DNA of 64,000 nt, from contig CAWJQQ010000009.1 in the NCBI GenBank assembly GCA_963845065.1, positions 288,001 through 352,000 of the forward strand. The letters are read 5' to 3'. The notes under the pieces were generated by a model. That model made no database searches, was not told the DNA's origin, and was given only the letters and a program-made list of their open reading frames with translations. Each line of letters starts with the position of its first letter. The first letter of the stretch is position 1. This document shows, in pieces, positions 1 to 11,610 of this stretch. A program made the position numbers and the translations under genes. Origin of the DNA: Nitrospirota bacterium. GTDB lineage: Bacteria > Nitrospirota > UBA9217.

Positions 1-1
1 G

Positions 2-2863
2 AAGACAAAACAGCATATCATTGAAGAACTGGTTGCGCTTCGCCAGACGATCACCAATACGGAAAAGGTTCTGGCCGAGGAAAGGAAGATCTCGGACGCA
101 ATGATAGATAGTCTGCCTGGAATTTTTTACCTCTTTGATGAGCAGGGCAGGTTCCTGCGCTGGAATAGGAACCTCGAACTCATTTCAGGCTACTCGTCAG
201 CAGAAATATCAAGCATGCACCCCTTGGACTTTTTTAACGGCGAAGACCGGCGCATTGAAGAAGAACATATCCGCGATGTCTTCCAGAAAGGTCCGACAAC
301 TTCGGAAGCTGAGCTCATTTCGAAAGATGGACGCAGGACCCCGTTCTTCTTTACTTGCAGGCTGGTCGCTGTCGGCGATAAAAACTGCGCCATCGGAACG
401 GGAATTGACATTGCCGAACAGAGGCAAACAGAAGAAACAGTTAGATTGCTCAACCGCCAAAATGAACTTATCTTGAAATCAGCGGGTGAAGGGATCTACG
501 GCGTGGATCTAAACGGCCATACGACGTTCATCAACCCATCCGCGTCAAAGATGATCGGTTGGGAAACTTGGAAAATTATCGGCAAAAGGCTGCATGATTT
601 CATTCACCACTCGAGGCCGGACGGAACCCCTTATCCCAGTGAAGAGTGCCCCATCTACGCAGCGTTTAATGACGGAAAAGTCCATCAGATAGCAGACGAG
701 GTATTTTGGAGAAAAGACGGCACTTGTTTTCCCGTCGAGTATACCAGCACCCCCATTGTGGAGAACAACAAGCTGGCCGGTGCGGTAGTCGTATTCAGGG
801 ACGTTACGGAGCGCAAATACGCGCAGGAGGAAATAGAGAAAAACTTCGACACGCAGACTGTAATAAACTCGCTGCTGAACCTCTCGCTGCAGGATGTGCC
901 CCTCGATGAGATATTAAGCCGTGCCCTTGATCTTATCCTCTCGATCCCCTGGCTCGTCGTTCAATCGAAAGGTCACATATCCATTGTCGAACATGACCCC
1001 GGGGCACTCGTGATGAAGGTCCAGAGAGGGCTCGACGAGCAATTACAGAAGACATGTGCCGTTGTCCCGTTTGGCAAATGCATATGCGGACGTGCGGCAA
1101 TATCAAAAGAGATCATCTTTGTCGACCACATTGACGAGCGTCACGAGGTTCACTGCGACGGGCTCACACCCCATGGCCATTACTGCGTCCCGATTATATT
1201 CGCCGACAAGGTACTTGGCGTGATAAGCGTCGTTTTAAATGAAGGACACATAAGGAATGACCGGGAGAAGGCATTGCTGTCGGCAGTTGCAAACGCCTTG
1301 GCGGGGATTATCGTCAGGAGACACGCGGAGGAGTCCCTGCTGGAAAGCGAACGAAAGCTGCAGGCCATCACTGATGCAGCGTCCGATGCAATTGTCTTGA
1401 TCGATGATGAAGAAAAGATTGTCTACTGGAACTCATCGGCAAACAAGATGCTCGGCTATCGGTTCGAGGAGGTCGAGGGACAGAGCATCCAAATCGTTAT
1501 CCCATCGCGGTACCGTGAAACACACACCAGAGCATTTCGCCGGTTTGTTGAGACCGGGCAGGGAACTTTTCTGGGAAAGACGTATGAAGCAGCGGCACTC
1601 AAGAAAGATGGAGACGAAATCCCGATCGAGCTCTCCATTTCTGCAATACGGCTGAAGGGCAGGTGGCATTCCGCAGGAATCATCAGGGACATCTCGGAGC
1701 GGAAAAAGCTTGAGCAACAACTTTTTCAATCCCAGAAGATGGAGGCTGTCGGTCAGCTTGCAGGAGGGATTGCCCATGACTTCAATAATATTCTTTCGGC
1801 CATCGTCGGCTACAGTGACATCCTCAGCATAAAAATGAAGCCTGACGACCCGCTCCGCGTGAATATCGAGCACGTGCTTGATGCGGCAGACCGGGCGGCA
1901 CACTTAACAAAGAGTCTTCTCGCTTTCAGCAGGCAGCAGATTCTGCTCGCCCGCCCGACAAATTTAATCGATGTCATACGGCGAGTAGAACTCCTCCTGA
2001 GGAGAGTCATTGGTGAGGACATTGAACTTCAGACGGTCTTCAAGCAGGACACAGCGATTGTGAACGCCGACAGCAGCCAGCTGGAGCAGGTATTCTTGAA
2101 CCTCGCGATCAACGCGCGTGATGCGATGCCGAACGGCGGCTCCTTTATCATCGAGATAGATACGGTTGAACTGGACGATGCCTTCATTCGGGCTCATGGC
2201 TACGGCGAACGGGGATGGTATGCGCTTGTATCGGTAGCAGATAACGGGATTGGCATGGATGAGGCGACACGGAAGAGAATCTTTGAGCCATTTTTTACGA
2301 CCAAGGAGGTGGGTAAAGGAACGGGACTGGGCCTGTCGATTGTATACGGGATCATAAAACAACATCATGGTTATATCAATGTTTACAGTGAACCGGGGAA
2401 AGGGACGACGTTTAAGATATACCTGCCGCTGATCGATAGAGTACCCGAAACACGCACTTTAACCGAAGGCGTCTCAGTAGAAAAATCTCCAGGGGGAACA
2501 GAAGCCGTGCTGGTAGCAGAAGACGATGAAATGCTCCGGAAACTATCCCATACTGTTCTTGAGGAGTCCGGTTACACGGTGATCGATGCTGAAGATGGTG
2601 TAGACGCCGTGAACAAGTTCATGATGCATAAGGACACCATAAAACTCATTATCCTGGATATGATCATGCCTAAGAAGAATGGCCGGGAAGTGTATCAAGA
2701 GATAAAAAAAATTCAACCGGATATCAAAGCACTATTTGTAAGTGGATACACAGCTGATAAGAGAATTTCTGAGGAGCTATGGGGAAAAGGTGTGGAATTT
2801 CTTATGAAACCGCTCTCACCTATAGCCCTGCTGAAAAGGGTACGAGCGGTACTGGATTCATAA
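2..2863 (+). CDS. Hybrid sensor histidine kinase/response regulator (3 PAS, GAF, HisKA, HATPase, REC); 5' partial
   Basis: H-box AHDFNN, G boxes DNGIGM and GKGTGLGL, C-terminal receiver (AEDD...LDMIMP...K). Frame is open from base 2 ([15 protein letters not shown]...), so the true start is probably upstream of the window. Confidence 0.93.
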   Translation, partial: KTKQHIIEELVALRQTITNTEKVLAEERKISDAMIDSLPGIFYLFDEQGRFLRWNRNLELISGYSSAEISSMHPLDFFNGEDRRIEEEHIRDVFQKGPTTSEAELISKDGRRTPFFFTCRLVAVGDKNCAIGTGIDIAEQRQTEETVRLLNRQNELILKSAGEGIYGVDLNGHTTFINPSASKMIGWETWKIIGKRLHDFIHHSRPDGTPYPSEECPIYAAFNDGKVHQIADEVFWRKDGTCFPVEYTSTPIVENNKLAGAVVVFRDVTERKYAQEEIEKNFDTQTVINSLLNLSLQDVPLDEILSRALDLILSIPWLVVQSKGHISIVEHDPGALVMKVQRGLDEQLQKTCAVVPFGKCICGRAAISKEIIFVDHIDERHEVHCDGLTPHGHYCVPIIFADKVLGVISVVLNEGHIRNDREKALLSAVANALAGIIVRRHAEESLLESERKLQAITDAASDAIVLIDDEEKIVYWNSSANKMLGYRFEEVEGQSIQIVIPSRYRETHTRAFRRFVETGQGTFLGKTYEAAALKKDGDEIPIELSISAIRLKGRWHSAGIIRDISERKKLEQQLFQSQKMEAVGQLAGGIAHDFNNILSAIVGYSDILSIKMKPDDPLRVNIEHVLDAADRAAHLTKSLLAFSRQQILLARPTNLIDVIRRVELLLRRVIGEDIELQTVFKQDTAIVNADSSQLEQVFLNLAINARDAMPNGGSFIIEIDTVELDDAFIRAHGYGERGWYALVSVADNGIGMDEATRKRIFEPFFTTKEVGKGTGLGLSIVYGIIKQHHGYINVYSEPGKGTTFKIYLPLIDRVPETRTLTEGVSVEKSPGGTEAVLVAEDDEMLRKLSHTVLEESGYTVIDAEDGVDAVNKFMMHKDTIKLIILDMIMPKKNGREVYQEIKKIQPDIKALFVSGYTADKRISEELWGKGVEFLMKPLSPIALLKRVRAVLDS

Positions 2864-2970
2864 AATATTTAGGGACTGTCGCTCCTCGACAGGATTCCAT
2901 TCAGCCATTATGGCCGATTTGCTTAATTGATTTTCATTTGGGTGCAATAAACTAAAAGGAGAAGTATGCT

Positions 2971-3315
2971 ATGCCGGTACTGGAATATGAAGGGTTTAGG
3001 ATTGAAATCGACGATGACGGCTTTCTTGTAAAACTCGAAGACTGGAACGAAACCATCGCCGTGGCCCTGGCGACACGGGAAGAAATTAGTGAACTGACAG
3101 AAGACAAGCTCGACATCCTTCGGTTCATGCGAGAATACTACGAAAAATACAAATTCTTTCCGATTGTCCGGTTTGTGTGCAAGAATGTTCACCAGCCCCG
3201 GACTTGTGTTACGGAGAAGTTCATCGATCCGGTGAAGGCTTGGAAGATAGCCGGCCTGCCCAATCCCGGAGAGGAAGTAATCCTTTTTAAATCCTGGGAC
3301 CCACTGGGATATTAA
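2971..3315 (+). CDS. DsrC/TusE/DsvC-family protein lacking both C-terminal cysteines (RspA-like)
   Basis: IEIDDDGFL..EDWNE..A, F.REYY and KIAGLP.P family motifs; RBS AAGGAG upstream. Confidence 0.85.
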   Translation: MPVLEYEGFRIEIDDDGFLVKLEDWNETIAVALATREEISELTEDKLDILRFMREYYEKYKFFPIVRFVCKNVHQPRTCVTEKFIDPVKAWKIAGLPNPGEEVILFKSWDPLGY

Positions 3316-3432
3316 TAGGGATGGAAAGCACTGAGGGAGATCTGCCGAGCGGTGACTGATCGAGATCAACCTGGCAATGGCTTGCTTTTTCCCGTCTCCT
3401 GGTCTATGTTTTAAATAAAAGGACCAGCGATA

Positions 3433-6400
3433 ATGTCATCAACCAGCCTCACCCTATTCCACCACCTCATTAAACAATGGTTCTCGGAAAAAGTCGGATC
3501 ACCAACTGACGTTCAGGAGAAAACCTGGCCCGAGATTGCAAAGGGCCGTCATGTGCTCGTGACTGCTCCTACGGGCTGCGGCAAGACACTGGCCGCTTTT
3601 TTATGGAGTATTAATCAGCTCGTAACCGGCGTCTGGACAGGGGGCAAGGTCCGCGTTCTCTACATCTCTCCCTTGAAAGCACTAAACAACGACGTTCAGC
3701 GAAACCTGCTCAAGCCCCTTGGTGAACTGCGTGATTATTTTAATCGCGCTGGAGCGCCTTTCCCGGAAATCCACGTTTTCACCCGGAGCGGGGACACGCC
3801 GGGCGAGGAGCGGCGAAGGATGATCAGGAGGCCGCCGGAAATTCTAATCACCACGCCGGAGTCTCTGAATCTTCTTCTCACTTCCCGAAGCGGACGATCG
3901 ATTCTTGCCGGCATTGTAACTGTGATCCTCGACGAGATCCATGCAGTCGTCGGGACGAAGCGCGGTACGCACCTGATCACAGCCGTCGATCGGCTTGTGC
4001 CTATTAGTGGAGAGTTCCAGCGCATCGCTTTGTCTGCAACGGCGAACCCGGCGGAGCGCATCGCCGAGTTTGTGGGAGGGTTCCGGAAAATCGGGAAAGG
4101 CAAGGACAGTCATTTCGAAAAACGCGCTGTTTCGCTCATTCAGTCCCGCCAGGCAAAGACCTATGAAATTTCTGTATCCTTCCCTGCGGATGCCCGGGAG
4201 AAGATGGTCGATGATTCATGGTGGCCCGCACTCATCGACTCGTTCAAGGAAATCATCAATCAGCACCAATCGACCTTGCTCTTCGCGAACAGCAGGAGGA
4301 CAACGGAAAAGGTTACACGATTGATCAATGAGGCCGAGGAATCCGAGCTTGCCTATGCTCACCACGGGTCACTTTCCCGCGAAATCAGGCTCGCCGTGGA
4401 GCAAAAATTAAAGAACGGAGAGCTCAAGGCCATCGTGGCCACAAACTCGCTCGAACTGGGCATCGACATCGGCAGTCTGGACAGGGTCATAATGATCCAG
4501 ACACCGCGGTCGGTTTCATCGGCGCTTCAGCGCATCGGCCGGTCGGGCCATTCGGTAGGGGAGACGAGCCGTGGCCTGCTCTTTCCGACGCATGGCCGCG
4601 ATTTTATCGACGCTGCGGTCATGGCCCGTGCCAGTCTGGACCAGGACATTGAAGAGGTGCATCCCATCGAAGCGCCGCTCGATATCCTGGCGCAGGTCAT
4701 CCTTTCGATGACTGCAATGGAAAAGTGGGACATCGACGAGCTTTATGCTTTTTTAAAAACAAGCTATCCCTATCGCGACTTGCCTCGCAAACATTTCGAC
4801 ATCCTGCTCGAAATGCTTTCCGGCAGATACGCAGACAGCCGCTTGCGGGAACTGAAGGCCCGCGTCTCGCTTGACCGGGTAGACAACTCGATCCAGGCAC
4901 ACAGTGCAGTCCCTTACCTTATATATACCTCAGGCGGGACCATCCCGGAGCGCGGCTACTTCGACATGCGACTCAAGGACACCCATGCAAAGATCGGCGA
5001 GCTCGATGAAGAGTTCGTATGGGAGCGGTCCATCGGCGAGACCTTTACCCTGGGAACCCAGCTCTGGAGGATCGAGAAGATTACACATAACGATGTGGAG
5101 GTTGTGCCGGTCCGTTCCGCTACGGGCATCTTCCCGTTCTGGAAGGCTGAACAACAGGACCGCGATTTTCACTTCTCCGAAAAAATCGGCCTTTTTCTCG
5201 AACACGCGGATGGGAAGCTTGACTCCCCTGATTTCCGGAATCAGCTTTTGAACCAACATGCCATGGCAGAAACGGCCGCAGACGAACTAATCAGTTTTTT
5301 AAAACTTCAAATAGAAGCGACCGGCACCAACCTTCCGCACCGTCACCATCTCTTGATCGAGCATATTGAGGAGCCTGGGGGCCGTAGCGATTTCAAACAG
5401 GTGATCCTGCATACCTTCTGGGGCGGACGGGTAAACCGGCCCTTTGCACTTGCACTGGCCCAAGCCTGGGAGGAAAAAGAGCGCCAGCCGCTTCAGTTGA
5501 TTGAGAACGATGATGCCATCCTGCTCATGCTTCCACGGGAGTTCCAGGCCCATGACCTATTTTCACTTGTTTCGCCGGAAACCGTAGAGTTATTTCTACG
5601 AAAGAGGTTGGAGCAGACGGGATTTTTCGGGGCCCGGTTCCGGGAGAACGCAGAGCGTGCTCTCCTGCTGCCGAAGTCGAGTTTCAGACGTCGAATGCCG
5701 CTCTGGCTCATCCGTCTTCGTTCCAAGGAACTGCTTGCAGCGGTCCATTCTTATGATGATTTCCCGATTCTGCTCGAAACATGGCGCACTTGTCTTGAGG
5801 ACGAGTTCGATCTTCAGCATGTTAAGACGATGATCGAAGAGATTCAGACGGGCATTGTCCACGTGAGCGAGACCGTGACCAGGGCGGCCTCTCCTTTTGC
5901 CGGAAGCCTCGTTTGGAAGCAGACGAACAAGTACATGTACGAAGATGATACTCCGATCCTGGCAAAAGAATCAGCTCTCCGGCCTGATCTGATAAAAGAA
6001 CTTTTGTTTTCTTCCCACCTCCGCCCGAAGATCCCTGCTGAACTTGTCCGCATCCTTGACAGTAAGCTCAAACGTACGGCCCCGGGATACCCGCCGAGTT
6101 TAGCCATCGAGCTTCTGGACTGGGTGAAGGAGCGCTTGCTGGTCCCGGAACCGGAGTGGAAGGAGCTGGCTTTCTCAATCAGGAGGGATTATGACCAGGA
6201 CGCGGGAGAGTGGATTGCATCCCAGTCGAGGAAACTGTTATGGATAAGCTGGCCCGGCGTCAGATACCCGCTTCTATGCGCTCTCGAAACGCTGCCGAAG
6301 GTTGTCGTTGCCTTCCGTCTGCACACGGATGTTATTTCGGTTAAGCAGGTAAGTAGCGACGAGAAAATGGAAACCGTCAAGCGGCGGGCTTTGTCATTCC

Positions 6401-7896
6401 TGCGCGAGGTGCCTGAGTCAGCTCAAGCGGCGGAGGAGTATGACCTTACGGATTTTCTTTCTGAGTGGCTGTCCTTTTACTGCCCCTTGGAGAAAGAAAG
6501 TCTGGTGTCTCTGCTCGGAATTACTGCCGAGAGGATCGATGAAGCGATTGAACCTTTAATCGAGTCGCAGGACCTAATCATGGACCGCTTTGGAGAGGAG
6601 AGCGGGACGCTCGAAATCTGCGATAGTGGCAATCTCGAGATTCTGCTCCGCATGACGCGACGTTATCGCCGGCCATCATTCGAGCCTCTCCCGCTTCCGC
6701 AGCTTCCATTGTTTCTGGCAGCTTATCAGGGGGTCATTCCGCGGGGCGAATCAATGGACGACTTCCAGCAAAGACTTGAGCAGCTCTTCGGCTTCCCGGC
6801 GCCCGTGGGTGCATGGGAAGATTATATCCTGCCCAGCCGAATGCAGCAGTATCGGAGCGAGTGGCTGGACACACTCATGAACCAGAGTGACCTCATTTGG
6901 TTTGGCTGCGGGAGACAGCGCATCAGCCTTGCTTTCAGTCAGGACCTGGACCTCTTCCGTACTGCCCCTGAGACCGAAAATGATGGAGAACTTTCCCACT
7001 TAATTCCAGACCGTCGGGGCAGATACAGCTTCTTGGAGATAACCGAATTTTCCCACATGGACACTATTCATGCTACGGAGCTTTTGTGGACAGAGGCGTG
7101 GAAGGGAAATGTGACAAGCGACTCGTTTAAGACTCTCAGAAAGGGCGTTGTGACTGGATTCTCTGCACAATCATTTAGTGACGAGGCCAGGCTCACTACG
7201 CGCAGGTCGGGATTTAACCGCTGGAAGGTTTCCCGGCCCCTGGAAGGGCACTGGCTCCGGATCGATTCATTGCCGCAGGAGCGTGATATCCTGGAAGAGC
7301 AAGAACTGGTGAAGGATCGCATCCGGCAGCTGCTGAAGTGCTATGGTGTGCTTTTTCGCGATCTTCTTGTGAATGAATTGCCGCCACTCCAGTGGCGCAA
7401 GGTCTTTCGGTCATTGCGTCTTATGGAGCTCTCAGGCGAGGTACTGTCAGGCTATTTTTTCGAGGGCATCACGGGGCCGCAGTTTGTTTCCCACGAGGCC
7501 TTCCGCATACTCCAGGAGCCCTTGCCGCAAGACGCTGTTTACTGGATCAATGCGGCCGACCCCGTATCCCCCTGCGGACTTGGCTTTACTGCATTATCAG
7601 GGCTTCCTTCGCGCATCGCCTCGACGCATCTCGTGTATCATGGCAGCAAGCTTGTCATGATATCGAAGCGCACTGGAAAGAACCTTGAGATCTTGGTCCA
7701 GCCTGACGACTCGCATCTTGCCGAGTATTTCACGTTGTTCAAGGAGCTGCTTACTCGTGAGTTCAGTCCAATGCAAAAGATAGCAGTTGAAATGATCAAC
7801 GGCGAGCCAGCGCTAAAGAGTCCCTATGCCGGAGCACTGAAGGGGTTCGGGTTCCGATCAGCGAGAAATGCGCTGGAGATGTGGAAGGAATATTAA
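3433..7896 (+). CDS. lhr: Lhr-family ATP-dependent helicase, long form with C-terminal winged-helix/glycosylase-like region
   Basis: APTGCGKT, YISPLKALNND, ITTPESL, DEIH, HHGSLS, LELGIDIG, QRIGRSGH, GELDEEFVWE; C-terminal G.F..G..G.QF and AADP motifs; 1487 aa. Confidence 0.92.
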   Translation: MSSTSLTLFHHLIKQWFSEKVGSPTDVQEKTWPEIAKGRHVLVTAPTGCGKTLAAFLWSINQLVTGVWTGGKVRVLYISPLKALNNDVQRNLLKPLGELRDYFNRAGAPFPEIHVFTRSGDTPGEERRRMIRRPPEILITTPESLNLLLTSRSGRSILAGIVTVILDEIHAVVGTKRGTHLITAVDRLVPISGEFQRIALSATANPAERIAEFVGGFRKIGKGKDSHFEKRAVSLIQSRQAKTYEISVSFPADAREKMVDDSWWPALIDSFKEIINQHQSTLLFANSRRTTEKVTRLINEAEESELAYAHHGSLSREIRLAVEQKLKNGELKAIVATNSLELGIDIGSLDRVIMIQTPRSVSSALQRIGRSGHSVGETSRGLLFPTHGRDFIDAAVMARASLDQDIEEVHPIEAPLDILAQVILSMTAMEKWDIDELYAFLKTSYPYRDLPRKHFDILLEMLSGRYADSRLRELKARVSLDRVDNSIQAHSAVPYLIYTSGGTIPERGYFDMRLKDTHAKIGELDEEFVWERSIGETFTLGTQLWRIEKITHNDVEVVPVRSATGIFPFWKAEQQDRDFHFSEKIGLFLEHADGKLDSPDFRNQLLNQHAMAETAADELISFLKLQIEATGTNLPHRHHLLIEHIEEPGGRSDFKQVILHTFWGGRVNRPFALALAQAWEEKERQPLQLIENDDAILLMLPREFQAHDLFSLVSPETVELFLRKRLEQTGFFGARFRENAERALLLPKSSFRRRMPLWLIRLRSKELLAAVHSYDDFPILLETWRTCLEDEFDLQHVKTMIEEIQTGIVHVSETVTRAASPFAGSLVWKQTNKYMYEDDTPILAKESALRPDLIKELLFSSHLRPKIPAELVRILDSKLKRTAPGYPPSLAIELLDWVKERLLVPEPEWKELAFSIRRDYDQDAGEWIASQSRKLLWISWPGVRYPLLCALETLPKVVVAFRLHTDVISVKQVSSDEKMETVKRRALSFLREVPESAQAAEEYDLTDFLSEWLSFYCPLEKESLVSLLGITAERIDEAIEPLIESQDLIMDRFGEESGTLEICDSGNLEILLRMTRRYRRPSFEPLPLPQLPLFLAAYQGVIPRGESMDDFQQRLEQLFGFPAPVGAWEDYILPSRMQQYRSEWLDTLMNQSDLIWFGCGRQRISLAFSQDLDLFRTAPETENDGELSHLIPDRRGRYSFLEITEFSHMDTIHATELLWTEAWKGNVTSDSFKTLRKGVVTGFSAQSFSDEARLTTRRSGFNRWKVSRPLEGHWLRIDSLPQERDILEEQELVKDRIRQLLKCYGVLFRDLLVNELPPLQWRKVFRSLRLMELSGEVLSGYFFEGITGPQFVSHEAFRILQEPLPQDAVYWINAADPVSPCGLGFTALSGLPSRIASTHLVYHGSKLVMISKRTGKNLEILVQPDDSHLAEYFTLFKELLTREFSPMQKIAVEMINGEPALKSPYAGALKGFGFRSARNALEMWKEY

Positions 7897-8016
7897 CTTT
7901 CACGAGTGATGGACTGCAAGAGAGGCAGCGGATCGGGTGATTACCAAACTATCCGCAGAAAGCCCCTGGTTTTAACCATGGGGATGAATGCGGAAACTTT
8001 GTTTTTCGGCAATTAG

Positions 8017-8045
8017 TAGACAAATGTACATCTATGTGGTATATT
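8017..8045 (+). promoter_or_regulatory. Predicted sigma70 promoter of tnpB (same sequence at 22099-22127)
   Basis: TAGACA-17 nt-TATATT with extended TG, just upstream of ATG 8056. Confidence 0.55.
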
Positions 8046-8330
8046 TAAACAACCAATGCCGAATAAACCTAAAACCCCATCTTTTATCCACGAGTTTCAA
8101 CTCGTAACAACCCCAAAAGACAATCGAATGCTTAATGTCCGACTCGAAGCTGGTCGTTATCTATATAATGCCTGTCTTGGTGAAGCGATGAAACGTCTTG
8201 CCGTCATGCGTAGCTCTAAAAAATGGCGTTCAGCGATCAAGAAGAAAAAGAGCAAGCTACGCACTGATATGGTTGACAGTTGTCAAGAGGGAAAATAGTC
8301 TCCTGCCCCTTTTTTAAGGGTTCATAGTTT

Positions 8331-10055
8331 GTAACTATTCAGATCCCACTGGAGCGAAAACTATTCTGGGCTAGCCGGATAACATGAAATCAGGCGACCG
8401 ACCTTCAAATAAAAGCGTCAAGGCTTCGGTTGCCGTGATGCCCTGTTTCCGGCAGGTGGACAAATAACTTCGAATTCGGCAGAAGATCAGCGCACCATCC
8501 CAGGAGCGGAAGCACCCTGATATCTTCTGTTGAACCTTCGTCATCCGGATGTCATTTTCAGCCTGATTGTTCGAGAAAGGCACATCAGGCACAACCATGA
8601 ATCTCAGTACATCGTTCTGGTAATCGCGAAGCCGTTCCAGAAGATTTCTTGCTTTGGAACGAGGAAGCTTGCCCCTGCTCCCTTGTCGCTGTGCTTCTTT
8701 CGGGGTGGGGCACTCCTTATCAGCCTCAGCGAGCAATTTCCGATACCGTTTCCGGTAGCGCTTAGACTCCGGAGCCGGAAGCACGCCGCCTGCATCAAGA
8801 ACAGCCTTGTTCATCTCTTTGAGCAGGTCCGACATCTTAGAGGCCCATTGCTGTTTGTCCTGTTCAAAGGCATTTTCCAGTTCCCTGAGATGGTGAGCAT
8901 TGCACAGGGCATGGAATGCGCCATACTTAAAGTAGGGTTTCCAATGATCGTGACAGAGGATACCCTTAAACGTTGGAAGTATCCCCATTGCATCCATCGC
9001 CTCGGTCCCTCGTTTTTCATGAGGGAAGAAACAGGTCCAGTCGGCATTGGATGCGCTGTGAAGCCAGTATCGCTTGCCGCCGATATTGACGCCGGTTTCA
9101 TCGACATGAAGCACCGCTGATATGGCAAGCTGTACCCTGACCCACTTGTCAAAGTGTTCCAGGCGCTCATAGGCTTCCTGGTTGAAATTGAAGATGGAGC
9201 CCCCGCTGACGGGAATCCGCAGCTGCTCCAGAAAATGATCCTCAATGCGATTATACGGGATCAACTGGAATTGCGACATATAGATCGAGTTGACCTTAAC
9301 GCTGTTGCCATATTGCACCGGCCGGGTGACTCCATCTGGAAACGGGGCCACATAGCGCTTACCCTGCTGGTCTTTCAGTATCTCGGCCCGATACTCCGTC
9401 ACCACTCGCGAGATGTTCAGGTCGATGACTTGCCGGACTTCATAGCCGGCTTCCTGATAGCGACCGCGAGGTAGGACGCTTCTATCAACCGGTAGAATTT
9501 TGATTTCATCAGGATCGGGAACCGGCTTCAGCGTTGTGCCGGAACGACCCTGTTGTCCTCCTGGCTTGCGGCCGCCTTGCCCTCTGGGCTTCTTCTGCCG
9601 ATTGGGATCCATCGACGGCGGCGTGCTGCTGTTCTTACTGTTGAGGCCCAACTTATTCACAAGGAGCGGCACCAGAAGCAACAGCACTTCAAGACTTGCT
9701 TTGAGCGCCGGTGACATTTCTTTTTCTTCGGCGATCAGTGTTTTGACTCGCTCGATTGTGGCTTCAACGTTTATGTTTTGTATCGTCATCCTGAATATCC
9801 TGTCTTTGTGATGGAGCATTGTACCACAGGTTTTCAGAACGACTTATTTGGCGCGAGGTTTGTCACTCGTGCAATTATATTTTCTCAGTCACTCCTTCTA
9901 TGTCGCGCATAATTGACGGCATGATTGGATGCTTTCTGTTTCGCACATGGGCTATTTGTGCATGGTTTGTGACGGCGATGCTGCCTCATATTATTTTATG
10001 AAAACCTTGTCAAGAACAATTTGCATTTTTATCAAATATTTTACTGAATAGTTAC
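8331..10055 (-). mobile_element. IS66-family element (single-ORF, ISBst12-like), 1725 bp
   Basis: Terminal IRs GTAACTATTCAG...CTGAATAGTTAC; 8-bp target duplication CATAGTTT (8323-8330, 10056-10063); absent from IS110 copy 2. Confidence 0.93.
8371..9819 (-). CDS. IS66-family DDE transposase
   Basis: LNSKNSSTPPS.D, KPGGQ.G, HVDETG, HDHW.PY, LCNAHHLREL, NNQAENDIR motifs; alternative start at 9789. Confidence 0.93.
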   Translation of the reverse strand: MLHHKDRIFRMTIQNINVEATIERVKTLIAEEKEMSPALKASLEVLLLLVPLLVNKLGLNSKNSSTPPSMDPNRQKKPRGQGGRKPGGQQGRSGTTLKPVPDPDEIKILPVDRSVLPRGRYQEAGYEVRQVIDLNISRVVTEYRAEILKDQQGKRYVAPFPDGVTRPVQYGNSVKVNSIYMSQFQLIPYNRIEDHFLEQLRIPVSGGSIFNFNQEAYERLEHFDKWVRVQLAISAVLHVDETGVNIGGKRYWLHSASNADWTCFFPHEKRGTEAMDAMGILPTFKGILCHDHWKPYFKYGAFHALCNAHHLRELENAFEQDKQQWASKMSDLLKEMNKAVLDAGGVLPAPESKRYRKRYRKLLAEADKECPTPKEAQRQGSRGKLPRSKARNLLERLRDYQNDVLRFMVVPDVPFSNNQAENDIRMTKVQQKISGCFRSWDGALIFCRIRSYLSTCRKQGITATEALTLLFEGRSPDFMLSG

Positions 10056-10073
10056 CATAGTTTAAGTATAATT

Positions 10074-10263
10074 CCAGGGCATAAGGAGGGACGGGGCCGA
10101 CTTGTGCGACGTTTGATCACTCTGATATTCGCGGGTTTGACCGCAAGACCTTTCTTCGTCGCGGAGCTGCCTCGCTCTAAAAGCGGAAGTTCGGCATTGC
10201 CTTATTCCATAGTGCGGACGAGGATTCTCCGTAAACGTGGCCGCGTCCCCGCTTATGCCTTGG
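10074..10263 (-). ncRNA. Candidate IS110 bridge RNA/seekRNA, copy 1
   Basis: Long closing stem enclosing two internal-loop hairpins that carry 7-nt matches to the donor and target flanks; appears identical to copy 2. Confidence 0.7.
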
Positions 10264-10497
10264 AGATTGTTTGATGTTAGCTGGCGTCCTCCTTTGGTTT
10301 TTTACTTTAGTCGTTTTCGTTTCCGCTTCCGGGCGTCTTCAAATTTTCGATTCTGTTCTTTGAAAAATCTCGATGCTCCCGTTTTTACCTTTGAGGATCG
10401 ATTTATTCTTTCACAAATGCCCCAGGATTGATTTTCCAGAGGCGGTCCATACTGAGAGACCCCCTCAAGTTTTGTGTGACGCCTTGTTCTTTCATCT

Positions 10498-11610
10498 TTA
10501 TGCGCTCTGAGGATTCACTTCCCGGGCAATTGCCCATATGAAGCCGCACAATTCTCTGGCGATAGCTGTTACCACCTTGTTTCTAGACTTCCCTTTGGCC
10601 GTAAGCTTACGGAATCGTCCGCAGAGCCGCACTTGGGCTTTCCAAGAGACGTCGAGAATGTTTTTCGGCAACCCCTCTTGTCGTTTGAGGAGCACTCGGC
10701 TGACTCGGGCTGGGAAACTGTAAGCTTGAGCCGCTTCGATTAACGCGCGTCTAACGTGAGTGTTTCCGGTTTTGGTGATGCCCCCTCGTCTGGTGCTGTC
10801 TCCGCTGGAGTACTCGGAGGGAACCAGCCCTAGATATCCCATAAGATGCTTGGGATTTTTAAAACGGCCCAAGTCTCCAATCTCAGCCATGGTGGTCGCA
10901 GCAGTTACATCCGCTACACCGCGTAGCGATTGGATTGCACGTACGACAGGGGCCGTTCGGCATGTTGGAATGAGCTTTTGAATCTGCTCCGTTAGCCGGG
11001 AAACACGCGCAGAGCATTCCTGCACAGTGTTGATGTACTCTTGCAGCGTGATCTGCTGAGCAGGGTGTGGCATCTTGATGTCCGACAGCCAGCGCATGTG
11101 GGCCTGGGTCCATGCGGTTTCCCCAGAGTATCGATGTCCGTGCCGCAGAAGCATCGCGCCTAATCGCTGCCGAGCGGTGCGCTGGGCCTTGATTGCGTCT
11201 TCGCGGCCACGTGTCAGGTCTCGCATGGCTTCATCTTCTTCCTGGGGTACGTAAACAGGGGTCAGTTCTCCAGCCCGATACAGCCTTGCAAGACTTTGCG
11301 CGTCACGACGATCGGTTTTGACGCGATCGCCGCTTTTCTTGGGGATCAGCGAGGGTGCCACAACCGTGCATTTGTAACCTTTTTTGGTCAGATGGCGGTA
11401 TATTTCATAACCGCATGGGCCGGCTTCATAGACAAAGTGCAGTTCCGTTCCTTTGCTTTCAAGCTTTCTAACCATTTTGTCCAATGACGACATGTCACTG
11501 CCAATCTTACCGTAGTAGCGAACCTCTTGATTGTCGTCGGTGTCTGCTGTTGCCACTGCTATTGAGTTTTTTGCTGAATCGAGACCTACTATTGTGATAG
11601 AATTCTTCAT
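10498..11610 (-). CDS. IS110-family DEDD recombinase/transposase (370 aa)
   Basis: GLDSAK, YEAG and KTDRRDA give the DEDD tetrad; GLVPSEYSSG carries the catalytic serine; RBS AAGGAG before ATG 11610. Confidence 0.95.
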   Translation of the reverse strand: MKNSITIVGLDSAKNSIAVATADTDDNQEVRYYGKIGSDMSSLDKMVRKLESKGTELHFVYEAGPCGYEIYRHLTKKGYKCTVVAPSLIPKKSGDRVKTDRRDAQSLARLYRAGELTPVYVPQEEDEAMRDLTRGREDAIKAQRTARQRLGAMLLRHGHRYSGETAWTQAHMRWLSDIKMPHPAQQITLQEYINTVQECSARVSRLTEQIQKLIPTCRTAPVVRAIQSLRGVADVTAATTMAEIGDLGRFKNPKHLMGYLGLVPSEYSSGDSTRRGGITKTGNTHVRRALIEAAQAYSFPARVSRVLLKRQEGLPKNILDVSWKAQVRLCGRFRKLTAKGKSRNKVVTAIARELCGFIWAIAREVNPQSA

